A stretch of DNA of 64,000 nucleotides, taken from contig ONYA01000005.1 in the NCBI GenBank assembly GCA_900321965.1, positions 7,923 to 71,922 of the forward strand, read 5' to 3'. Positions 27,368-40,388 of this stretch are shown piece by piece. Source of the DNA: an uncultured Prevotellaceae bacterium. GTDB taxonomy: Bacteria > Bacteroidota > Bacteroidia > Bacteroidales > Bacteroidaceae. Positions within the stretch are counted from its first letter, which is position 1, and each line of letters starts with the position of its first letter. Made by a program: the position numbers and the translations under genes. The notes beneath the pieces are model-generated. The model saw only the letters and a program-made list of their open reading frames with translations, was not told the origin of the DNA and ran no database searches.

Positions 27368-27547
27368 GACTGCGGCACCGCCGCAGCACAGCCAACAGCG
27401 GCAGAGGGGGCGGTTGCGGAAGGGACGGAAGCACCAACAGCGGCGGAAGGAGCGGTTGCGGAAGGGACGGAAGCACCAACAGCGGCGGAAGGGGCGGTTG
27501 CGGGGGCCTTTTCGGTTTGTTCGCTATGCTGCGGCGGTGCCGCAGCC
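27368..27547. repeat. Inverted REP doublet with internal 42-bp tandem, in-frame in the transposase
   Basis: REPs at 27368-27397 (reverse) and 27518-27547 (forward). A 42-bp unit starts at 27392, 27434 and 27476. The span is 180 bp. Confidence 0.92.
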
Positions 27548-27963
27548 TCCTGGCCAAGAACGATCTGCCGGTAGGCTTTGTTGGTGCTGGTCTTGAAGCC
27601 GCGGATGACGTCGCTAAGGTGCCCCTTCATCTGTTGCTCCACAAAGAGGATGCCATGCAAATGGTCGGGCATGAGCTGGAGGGAGACGGCGGTGACCTCG
27701 GGGTGATGGGCCGTGACGGCAAACCACTCGTCCTTCACCCGCTGCCCTAAGGGCGACAGCGCCATATAAGCCTCGGTAGTCTCGGGTGTTGCTCCGTCAT
27801 GGCCCACCAACCGGCCGAACAAGGGCCGGCGGCCCTCGACGGTCATAGTAATAAGGTACATACGCCGCGACGAATAGTCATGACCCACGCGCCGGCGGTT
27901 CATCGATGGTTTCACCGGCCCGGCATACTCCTTACGCGCTGCATACTCTTCCTCGGTCATAGG

Positions 27964-30000
27964 CTAATCATGCAGGATGAGGGCTGACTGGGGACTGACC
28001 GTAGTACTACGGCCGAAGATCTTGCTGTTACTATGCTCGTTGATCTCACCATCCTTGCAGACGACGGTGTACATACCCTTGGGGATGCTGACGGTAGTCG
28101 TCTCGCGATTGGCATTGAGGATGACGATGATGTTTCGCCAGTCGTCGCGACCGGCATAGTCCTTCAGACGGAAGGCGACGACACCTTTGGGGGCATAGAG
28201 AAACTCCAGATGCTTGCGCACGAGATGGGCGTCGCCGAGGCGGAAGGCAGGGTGGTTCTTGCGCAAGGCGATGAGATTGCAGTAGTACTTGAAGACCTGC
28301 GGGTAGCGCCCCTTGTTCTGCCAGTCGAGCTGGTTGATACTGTCGGGCGACTCGAAGGAATTGTGGACGAGCTTCTTGTTACGCAGCAGCTCCTCGCCGC
28401 TGAGCATAAAGGGCACGCCCTGAGAGGTCATGACGGCCGTCTGGGCGAGAAGGGCAAGGCGGATGAGCTCGGCTTCAGCAGCGGCACCGCCGCTGCACAG
28501 CGAACCTGCGGCGGGGGCGGCAACACCAGCGGCGGGGGCGGCAACACCAGCGGCGGGGGCGGCAGCACCGGCGGCGGGGGCGGCCTGTTGGCTGTGCTGC
28601 GGCGGTGCCGCAGCGAGGGCCGGAATGCTGGAGCGCAGGCGATCCACCAGGCACATATCGTCATGGCAAGAGACGTAGGCCATCATCTGCGTCGGCTCTG
28701 TGGCCCACGGTGTCTTCGAATAGTTCACCTTCGCCATGTCTACCTGCGGATGGGCAATGGCACCGACGATGCCAAACTTGATGCTCTCCTCACAGTCGGG
28801 AGCACCGCCGAGCCAGCCGGGCTTCTTGTCGTCGTCAAACGGGCCACGCAGTCCGTCGCGGATCTCGTCGCTGAAAGCGGCGATGCCCGGCATCTGGCTG
28901 ATGTTGGCCTTCATGCCCAGCTGTTCATTAGGCAAGGCACAAGGCCCGGCGCTCCAGCCCTCACCGTAGATAAAGATGGAAGGATCGAGCTTCGACAGCT
29001 CCTGGCGGATGGCGTTCATCGTCTCGATGTCGTGGCAGCCCATGAGGTCGAAGCGGAAACCGTCAATGCGGTATTCGTTGTACCAGTACTTCACGCTCTC
29101 AATCATAAAGCGGCGCATGAGGGGCTTTTCGGAAGCCGTCTCGTTGCCACAGCCGGAGCCGTTGCTGTAAGTCTGGGGGTGGGTCTTTCGATAGTAATAG
29201 TCGGGATAGGTTAACTGAAAGTTGGAGTGGTCGATATCGTAGGTGTGGTTGTAGACCACGTCGAGGATGACGGCGATGCCGGCCTTGTGCAGCGCCTGCA
29301 CCATCTGCTTGAACTCACGGATACGGCAGACGGGGTCGTAGGGGTCGGTGGAGTAAGAACCTTCGGGCACGTTGTAGTTTACGGGGTCGTAGCCCCAGTT
29401 ATACTGCGGCTGACTGAGACGGGTCTCGTCGACGGAGCCATAGTCGTAGCTCGGCAGGATATGGACGGCATTGACACCTAACTGCTTCAGATGCTCAATG
29501 GCCCACGGTTCCGTCAGCGCCAGGAACTTCCCCGGATACTTCGCATCCTTGCGGGCTATGGAGAAGTCGCGGTGGTGAAGCTCGTAGACCACGAGGTCGG
29601 CGGGCGACTTGATGACGGGATGCCGGTCGCTGCTCCAGCCAACGGGCAACGTCTTCATATCGTCGATGATGGCACCACGGCGGCCATTGACGCCGACAGC
29701 CTTGGCAAAGACACCCGGTGTCTCGCCACGGCCTATATCGAAGGTATAGAACTTGTTCAGCAGGTCGCCCCGGACAGTCGCCGTCCACAAGCCGCCGGCA
29801 TACTTCATGCTGACCGTCTTCACGGCCTTGCCGCCCAAGCCTTGATTGTAGATACGCACCTTCACACCCTTGGCCTTTGCCGGTGCAAAGAGCCGGAATG
29901 TCGTCTGGTCGGGCGTGTACGCCATCTCGTTGAAGTCGAAGTCCTGGGCGCGGGCTGCTGTCGCTACGATCATCAATAATGCTAAAATCAGTCTGTTCAT
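27964..30000 (-). CDS. pulA: Type I pullulanase (GH13)
   Basis: YNWGYDP, DVVYNH, GFRFDLMG, YGEGW and YVSCHD motifs, with a signal peptide. Confidence 0.95.
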   Translation of the reverse strand: MNRLILALLMIVATAARAQDFDFNEMAYTPDQTTFRLFAPAKAKGVKVRIYNQGLGGKAVKTVSMKYAGGLWTATVRGDLLNKFYTFDIGRGETPGVFAKAVGVNGRRGAIIDDMKTLPVGWSSDRHPVIKSPADLVVYELHHRDFSIARKDAKYPGKFLALTEPWAIEHLKQLGVNAVHILPSYDYGSVDETRLSQPQYNWGYDPVNYNVPEGSYSTDPYDPVCRIREFKQMVQALHKAGIAVILDVVYNHTYDIDHSNFQLTYPDYYYRKTHPQTYSNGSGCGNETASEKPLMRRFMIESVKYWYNEYRIDGFRFDLMGCHDIETMNAIRQELSKLDPSIFIYGEGWSAGPCALPNEQLGMKANISQMPGIAAFSDEIRDGLRGPFDDDKKPGWLGGAPDCEESIKFGIVGAIAHPQVDMAKVNYSKTPWATEPTQMMAYVSCHDDMCLVDRLRSSIPALAAAPPQHSQQAAPAAGAAAPAAGVAAPAAGVAAPAAGSLCSGGAAAEAELIRLALLAQTAVMTSQGVPFMLSGEELLRNKKLVHNSFESPDSINQLDWQNKGRYPQVFKYYCNLIALRKNHPAFRLGDAHLVRKHLEFLYAPKGVVAFRLKDYAGRDDWRNIIVILNANRETTTVSIPKGMYTVVCKDGEINEHSNSKIFGRSTTVSPQSALILHD
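28477..28615. repeat. Inverted REP doublet with internal 21-bp tandem, in-frame in pullulanase
   Basis: REPs at 28477-28506 (reverse, compensatory stem change) and 28586-28615 (forward). GCGGCGGGGGCGGCAACACCA x~3.7 at 28508-28584. Confidence 0.92.
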
Positions 30001-30018
30001 GTTCTTGGTGCTTGTCAG

Positions 30019-34670
<4,652 letters not shown>

Positions 34671-34693
34671 TGCTTTACAGTTTTTAGTTTTTG

Positions 34694-34701
34694 CAAAGTT
34701 A
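34694..34701 (-). promoter_or_regulatory. -7 box TAACTTTG, internal promoter for the malQ-susB-pulA-transposase-susA run
   Basis: TAnnTTTG 24 bp upstream of the malQ start, immediately after a terminator hairpin. Confidence 0.75.
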
Positions 34702-34708
34702 GCAAAAA

Positions 34709-34742
34709 TAATAACCCGCTGTTCTCTGTCAGCGGGTTATTA
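34709..34742 (-). terminator. Intrinsic terminator after the MFS gene
   Basis: 13-bp stem TAATAACCCGCTG / CAGCGGGTTATTA followed by TTTTT on the minus strand. Confidence 0.8.
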
Positions 34743-34755
34743 ATCTATTATTCTG

Positions 34756-34769
34756 TGCAAACGATTGCA
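34756..34769. promoter_or_regulatory. Second LacI-type operator TGCAAACGATTGCA
   Basis: One mismatch to the core of the palindrome at 37189-37208. Lies upstream of the malQ promoter. Confidence 0.7.
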
Positions 34770-34770
34770 T

Positions 34771-36072
34771 CTATTTCTTGTCCTTGATGCCGAAGACACA
34801 GAGCGAGCCGAGGATGAAACTGACGCCAGCCACGATCATCATCGTCGACTGGTGGCTCCCTACCAACGACAGGATGGTACCGCCACAGAGGGCTGCCACA
34901 ATCTGCGGCACGCAGATGGTACCGTTGAACAGGCCGAGATAAGCGCCCATGTGGCCGTAGCCCTGCAGGGCGTTCGTCACGAAGGTGAACGGCATGGCCA
35001 GCATCGCTGCCCAGCCGCAGCCTATGAGCAGGAACGGAAGAATCTGACCGTACATATCGGGGATGTAGGGGATGAGCAAGAATCCCAGACCGCCCAAGAC
35101 GAGACTGACGGCGTAGGCCATCTTCGTGTTCTTGAATCGTGGCAGCAACGCTGCCCATCCCACGGAGCCCATAGCCTGGATGGCATAGAGCACACCGGTC
35201 CAGTTGGCAGCTTCCTGGTAGTCGGTGGTCGTCGGGTCGATAGTTCCCCAGACCGTCTCCGAGACGGCGTCAACGACATACGTCCACATATAGAGCATAC
35301 CAGCCCAGCAGAAGAACTGCACCAGTCCTACGCGCCAGAAGGTTGACGGGGCGTTCTTCAGCAGGACGAACCAGTTGGCGCTTCCCTCCTGCTCTTCACT
35401 CACGGCATTATACTCAGCATATTCCTGCGGGTTCCACTCCCTGACTTTCGCCACGGTGTAAAGGACGCAGAGGATGAGGATGGCGGCACCGACGTAGAAC
35501 GACCAGATGACGGAGTCGGGGACAACGCCCTCCGGGGCGACATTGCTCAGTCCTATCCACGTGAAGACGAAGGGGAACAAGAAGCCTACCACACTGCCGG
35601 CATTGCAGAGGAAGGACTGTATGCTGTATGCCTTCGCCTTCTGCTTCTCGTTGACCATGTCGCCTACCAGCATCTTGAACGGCTGCATGGCCATGTTGAT
35701 GCTGGTGTCGAGCAACATCAGGGCTACAAGTCCGAAGATAAGGGCCGTACCGACAGCCATGCCGAACGAGCCGGCATTAGGCAGCAGACACATGACGGCC
35801 ACGGCTAAGGCAGCACCTACAAAGAGGTAGGGGATGCGGCGCCCGAAGCGTGTCCACGTGCGGTCGCTGAGCGTGCCGATAATCGGCTGCACCAGGATAC
35901 CCATCAGCGGGGGCAGTATCCAGAAGAACGACAACGAGTGGGGGTCGGCTCCCAGGGTACGGAAGATGCGTGAGATGTTTGCACTCTGCAAGGCATACGC
36001 AATCTGTACACCAAAAAATCCGAAGCTCAAATTCCAGAGCTTCCAAAACGATAAATCAGGTTTCTGTTTCAT
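34771..36072 (-). CDS. MFS (GPH/SLC45-like) maltose/maltodextrin transporter
   Basis: LSFGFFGVQ, QPIIGTLSDRTWTRFGRRIPY and multiple hydrophobic helices, in a starch-locus context. Confidence 0.88.
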   Translation of the reverse strand: MKQKPDLSFWKLWNLSFGFFGVQIAYALQSANISRIFRTLGADPHSLSFFWILPPLMGILVQPIIGTLSDRTWTRFGRRIPYLFVGAALAVAVMCLLPNAGSFGMAVGTALIFGLVALMLLDTSINMAMQPFKMLVGDMVNEKQKAKAYSIQSFLCNAGSVVGFLFPFVFTWIGLSNVAPEGVVPDSVIWSFYVGAAILILCVLYTVAKVREWNPQEYAEYNAVSEEQEGSANWFVLLKNAPSTFWRVGLVQFFCWAGMLYMWTYVVDAVSETVWGTIDPTTTDYQEAANWTGVLYAIQAMGSVGWAALLPRFKNTKMAYAVSLVLGGLGFLLIPYIPDMYGQILPFLLIGCGWAAMLAMPFTFVTNALQGYGHMGAYLGLFNGTICVPQIVAALCGGTILSLVGSHQSTMMIVAGVSFILGSLCVFGIKDKK

Positions 36073-36081
36073 ATTTTTTTC

Positions 36082-37107
36082 TTATCTTGTTGTTCCTCTT
36101 ATGATTAAGCGTGTCCGGACGACGCGCTTCTCCACCTTGTCCAACGGGATGTGGCCTTCCACTTTGTCAATCAGGATCTCGGCGGCCTCCTCCCCTACCC
36201 GCTTGCCACGCTGTTCGACGGTGGTGAGCATCGGGTCGCAGGCCATAGCCCGCTGACCGTTGGTAAAGCCACAGATACTGATGTCCTCTGGCACGCGGAG
36301 CCCCATACGCTTCACGGTGTAGAGAATGCCGATGGCCGTGTCGTCGTTGACAGCGAAGAAGGCGTCGGGATAGTAGTCGCCATCGAAGAGGTCTGGCGTT
36401 ATCAGTTCGGCGTCCTGACGGTTGTCGCAGATGCGTATCAGGCTCTCGTCGTAAGCCAGGCCACGCTTCAGCAGGGCATCCTTGTAACCGTTGAAACGGT
36501 TCTTAGAGATTTCGAGTTGCATGGGCGAGCCATAGAACGCGATACGGCGGCAGCCGGTATCCATGAGGTAGGTCACGGCATTGAACGCCCCCATATAGTC
36601 GTCGACCACCACGCGGCTCGCGTTTACGCCCGTACATATCCGGTCGTAGAACACAATGGGGATTCCGGCATCTATCAGCCGCTGGAAATGCTCATAGCTC
36701 TTGGTGTCCTTGGCTTGCGACACGATGACGCCACACACCTTCTGGCGGAGGAACATCTCACAGATGCGGGCCTCGCGCTCATATTGCTCAGCACTCAGTG
36801 CCACCATGATGTAATAGCCGCGGGCCATGGCCGTCTCCTCAATGCCTGTCAGGATGCTGGAGAAATAGTAATGTGTAAACTCTGGCACGATGACACCGAT
36901 AATCTTCGACGGCATCACCCTGGCGTGGCGCAGCGCCTCGCCCATCACATTAGGATAAAAATTATGTTCGCGCGCGTATGTCTGAATCATACGACGCCTC
37001 TCCTCACTGATGCGCGGTGAGTTCTGCAAAGCCCGTGAAACCGTGGCTATCGACACACCCAACTCCTGGGCAATGTCTTTCATCGTAATTGGCGACCTGT
37101 CGCTCAT
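36082..37107 (-). CDS. LacI-family transcriptional regulator (MalR-like)
   Basis: HTH ITMKDIAQELGVSIATVSRAL plus a sugar-binding domain. Start moved to ATG 37107 because a -7 box overlaps the longer start. Confidence 0.93.
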   Translation of the reverse strand: MSDRSPITMKDIAQELGVSIATVSRALQNSPRISEERRRMIQTYAREHNFYPNVMGEALRHARVMPSKIIGVIVPEFTHYYFSSILTGIEETAMARGYYIMVALSAEQYEREARICEMFLRQKVCGVIVSQAKDTKSYEHFQRLIDAGIPIVFYDRICTGVNASRVVVDDYMGAFNAVTYLMDTGCRRIAFYGSPMQLEISKNRFNGYKDALLKRGLAYDESLIRICDNRQDAELITPDLFDGDYYPDAFFAVNDDTAIGILYTVKRMGLRVPEDISICGFTNGQRAMACDPMLTTVEQRGKRVGEEAAEILIDKVEGHIPLDKVEKRVVRTRLIIRGTTR

Positions 37108-37128
37108 ATCGGTTTTTAGTTTACTGTG

Positions 37129-37136
37129 CAAAGTTA
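37129..37136 (-). promoter_or_regulatory. -7 box TAACTTTG for lacI-MFS
   Basis: TAnnTTTG 22 bp upstream of ATG 37107. Confidence 0.75.
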
Positions 37137-37188
37137 GGAAAAATCTTCACTCCTTGTTCTACTTATTCCGTGCAAAGCCGCATTATCG

Positions 37189-37208
37189 TTATGCAAACGT
37201 TTGCATAA
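37189..37208. promoter_or_regulatory. LacI-family operator, perfect 20-bp palindrome TTATGCAAACGTTTGCATAA
   Basis: Perfect palindrome with the central AAACGTTT typical of LacI operators, placed between divergent promoters. Confidence 0.85.
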
Positions 37209-37259
37209 TCATAATAACGAATTTAAACAAAAAAAAGTACAATGAAAGCGAAAGAAAAG

Positions 37260-37267
37260 TAACTTTG
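37260..37267 (+). promoter_or_regulatory. -7 box TAACTTTG for the susC operon
   Basis: TAnnTTTG ~45 bp upstream of the susC start. Confidence 0.75.
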
Positions 37268-37312
37268 CACCAAAATTCGTAACTAAAACTATAAAATTAA
37301 CTAATTAAAGTA

Positions 37313-40300
37313 ATGATGAAGCAGGTAAACATTCGAATCCCGCTTAGGATGCTCAGCCTTCTGTTAGGGCTGTTCCTATCGGTAGGCGCCTTTGCCCAGA
37401 TGACGGTAAAGGGCCATGTGAAAGACTCGCAGGGAGAACCCATCATCGGCGCTACCATCCGTGTTGCCGGACAGGCATCAGGGGGAGCAATTTCCGATTT
37501 TGACGGTAACTTCACCATCTCTGCCAAACAGGGTGCAACGCTCACCGTCTCGTACATTGGCTACCAGACAGCAACGGTAACAGCTGCTCCCAACGTTACC
37601 ATCGTACTGCAGGATGACGCCACGACCCTGAACGACGTGGTGGTCATCGGTTACGGTGTGGCCAAGAAGAACGACCTCACCGGTTCGGTGGTCGCTATGA
37701 AACCCGATGAGAAGAACCACGGTATCGTGACCACGGCTCAGGACATGATCCAGGGTAAGATTGCCGGTGTGAACGTCAACACAACGTCGGGTGAGCCTGG
37801 CGGTAGTGCCGAGATCCGTATTCGCGGCGGTGCCTCACTGAACGCATCGAACAGCCCGCTGATTGTCATCGACGGTATGCCGATGGACAACAATGCTACG
37901 AAAGGTACGAACAACCCGCTGTCGCTGGTTAACCCTAACGACATCGAGTCGTTCACCGTTTTGAAAGACGCCTCGGCCACGGCCATCTACGGTAGCCGCG
38001 GTTCTAACGGTGTTATCATCATCACCACCAAGAAGGGTCGTAAGAATCAGGCTCCGAAGGTGGCTTACAACGGCACGTTCTCCGTCAGCACGCTTTCCAA
38101 GAAACTCGAAGTGATGGACGCTGACGAGTATCGCCAGTTCATCAAGGACTACTATGGCGAAAACTCTGACGCCTACAAAGGTCTGGGCGACGCCAACACC
38201 GACTGGCAGGACGAGATCTACCGCAGCGGTATCAGCCACGACCACAACGTGAGCGTCACCGGCGGCATCGGTAACTCTAAGTGGGCTATGCCCTACCGCG
38301 TCAGTGCCGGCTACACCAACCAGCAGGGTATCCTGAAGGGGTCTGACTACAGCCGCGTCACCGCTGGTTTCACGCTGAACCCCTCACTGCTCGACGACCA
38401 CCTGAACCTGAACGTCAACGGTAAGTACGCCTACTCAAAGACGAACCCCGGCGGCCAGGGTGCCATCGGCAATGCCACCCGTATGGATCCGACGCGTCCC
38501 GTCATGAGCGACGCTGACGAGTTCAAGGGCTGGGGCGGCTACTGGCAGTGGACGAAGCCCACGACGAGCTACGACCCCACCTTCCCCTACGACCGCAACA
38601 GCGACGCGCCGTCGAACCCCGTGGAGCAGATTGAGAACTACACCTTCTACAAGAAGTCTAACGTGCTGCTCGGTAACTTCGAGGCCGACTATAAGATTCA
38701 CGGTCTGGAGGACATCCGCCTGCACATGAACCTCGCTGGCGAATACGCAACAGGTGGTGAGTACACCCACAACCTGCCGAACTCTACCTACGGCTACTAC
38801 TACGGCTGGGACGGTGAGAACACCGAGGAGAAGTACAACGTTATTGCAACGGCATACGCACAGTACTATAAGGACTTCAACAAGGACCACCACTTCGACC
38901 TGATGGGCGGTTACGAATACAGCCGCACGAAGTACTGGGGCGGCGAGACTGGTGCCTCCTACTATCCCTCAACCTATCAGGGTACTGACGACGACGGCAA
39001 TCCCAAGGCTGGCACGCTCAACTCAAAGACAGACATCAACTGGCGCGGACAGATGGTACTCGTCAGCTGGTACGGACGTGCCAACTACACACTCATGGAC
39101 CGCTACCTGCTCACCTTCACCGCCCGTTACGACGGTTCGAGCCGCTTCGCCGACGGTCATCGCTGGGGCTTCTTCCCCTCTGCTGCCGCCGCCTGGCGTA
39201 TCAAGGACGAGGCCTTCATGAAGAACATCGATGCCGTCAGCGACCTGAAGCTGCGTCTCGGCTGGGGTAAGACTGGTCAGCAGGATACCGGCAAGGAGTA
39301 CTACACACCGGTCTACAAGATGACCACCGGCACCGACCGCCTCTATCCTATCGGCCCCGACAACTCGGGTCGTCTGTTCCAGCCGCTGGTTTACAACAAC
39401 GAACTGACATGGGAGACCACCACGACCTGGAACATCGGTCTGGACTTCGGTATGTACGACCAGCGCCTGACGCTGAATGTCGACGCCTACAAGCGTAACA
39501 CCACCGACCTGCTCTGCACACCGACCATCGCTGCCGGTCAGAACTACGACAACGCCATGCTGCTGAACGCCGGCGAACTGCAGAACTACGGTATCGAGGT
39601 TGCCCTCACTGGCAAGCCTATTGTCAGCAAGGACTGGTTCGTAGAGTTAGGTGTTAACGCTGCCTATAATAACAATGAGGTGAAAGAGCTGTACGGTGGC
39701 CGCGACATGATTGAGGCTGGTCTGACCGTTGGTATGCAGAAGAACCTCACCTACCACAAGGTTGGTCAGCCCGCCAACTCTTTCTGGGTTTACCAGCAGG
39801 TGTACGACGAGGCCGGACGTCCTATCCAGGGTGCATACGTCGACCGTAACGGCGACGGTGCCATCGACGACAACGACCGCTACTTCTACAAGAACATCCA
39901 CGCTCCTTGGACGGGTGGTTTCTATCTGAAGGTGGCTTACAAGAACTGGGACCTCGGCACCAACTTCCGTGCCAGCCTCGGCAACTACGTCTATAACGAC
40001 CTCATCGAGAGCCGCATGAACACAGAGGTTCGCTACAACGCCTCGAAGAACTTCTACGAGAACACCACGCCTGAGGTGGCTGCCCTGAAGTGGAAGTCGT
40101 ACGACTATCCTCTGAGCGACTACTTCGTACAGAACGCCTCGTACCTGAAGTGCGACAACATCACACTGGGCTACAACTTCGAGGAACTGCTGAAGACAGG
40201 CAGCTACAACGGTCTTAGCGGACGTGTCTACGCTTCGTGCACGAACGTCTTCACCGTCACCAAGTACTCTGGTCTCGACCCCGAGCAGACCTCTGGTTTC

Positions 40301-40360
40301 GAGGGCAGCGTCTATCCGCGTAGCCGCACCTTCCTCTTGGGTCTCAATCTGAACTTCTAA
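37313..40360 (+). CDS. susC: SusC TonB-dependent maltooligosaccharide transporter
   Basis: VVVIGYG, PLIVIDG, NPNDIESFTVLKDASATAIYGSRGSNGVIIITTK and WETT, terminal Phe. Confidence 0.96.
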   Translation: MMKQVNIRIPLRMLSLLLGLFLSVGAFAQMTVKGHVKDSQGEPIIGATIRVAGQASGGAISDFDGNFTISAKQGATLTVSYIGYQTATVTAAPNVTIVLQDDATTLNDVVVIGYGVAKKNDLTGSVVAMKPDEKNHGIVTTAQDMIQGKIAGVNVNTTSGEPGGSAEIRIRGGASLNASNSPLIVIDGMPMDNNATKGTNNPLSLVNPNDIESFTVLKDASATAIYGSRGSNGVIIITTKKGRKNQAPKVAYNGTFSVSTLSKKLEVMDADEYRQFIKDYYGENSDAYKGLGDANTDWQDEIYRSGISHDHNVSVTGGIGNSKWAMPYRVSAGYTNQQGILKGSDYSRVTAGFTLNPSLLDDHLNLNVNGKYAYSKTNPGGQGAIGNATRMDPTRPVMSDADEFKGWGGYWQWTKPTTSYDPTFPYDRNSDAPSNPVEQIENYTFYKKSNVLLGNFEADYKIHGLEDIRLHMNLAGEYATGGEYTHNLPNSTYGYYYGWDGENTEEKYNVIATAYAQYYKDFNKDHHFDLMGGYEYSRTKYWGGETGASYYPSTYQGTDDDGNPKAGTLNSKTDINWRGQMVLVSWYGRANYTLMDRYLLTFTARYDGSSRFADGHRWGFFPSAAAAWRIKDEAFMKNIDAVSDLKLRLGWGKTGQQDTGKEYYTPVYKMTTGTDRLYPIGPDNSGRLFQPLVYNNELTWETTTTWNIGLDFGMYDQRLTLNVDAYKRNTTDLLCTPTIAAGQNYDNAMLLNAGELQNYGIEVALTGKPIVSKDWFVELGVNAAYNNNEVKELYGGRDMIEAGLTVGMQKNLTYHKVGQPANSFWVYQQVYDEAGRPIQGAYVDRNGDGAIDDNDRYFYKNIHAPWTGGFYLKVAYKNWDLGTNFRASLGNYVYNDLIESRMNTEVRYNASKNFYENTTPEVAALKWKSYDYPLSDYFVQNASYLKCDNITLGYNFEELLKTGSYNGLSGRVYASCTNVFTVTKYSGLDPEQTSGFEGSVYPRSRTFLLGLNLNF

Positions 40361-40388
40361 TCATCCAAATCATAAATAAGAACGCAAT

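Larger units (their letters stand above)
26671..27960 (-). mobile_element. REP-associated tyrosine transposase (RAYT/TnpA-REP-like, HUH Y1) with probable DprA/Smf-like C-terminal domain
   Basis: RR..HDYS..YLIT, HUH motif MPDHLHGIL, IRGFK, W..NYNDHIL and the candidate catalytic YLADNP. The C-terminal part (VGNRFLL..VQCS..VLVSPSIS.GEK..GRLLILSPW..MNELA) resembles the DprA Rossmann fold. Confidence 0.85.

Noticed and set aside
26671-27960. Ordinary IS200/IS605 insertion sequence
   Set aside because: There is no tnpB and no extragenic left/right ends. The motif pattern and multiple surrounding hairpins fit a RAYT-like gene better.
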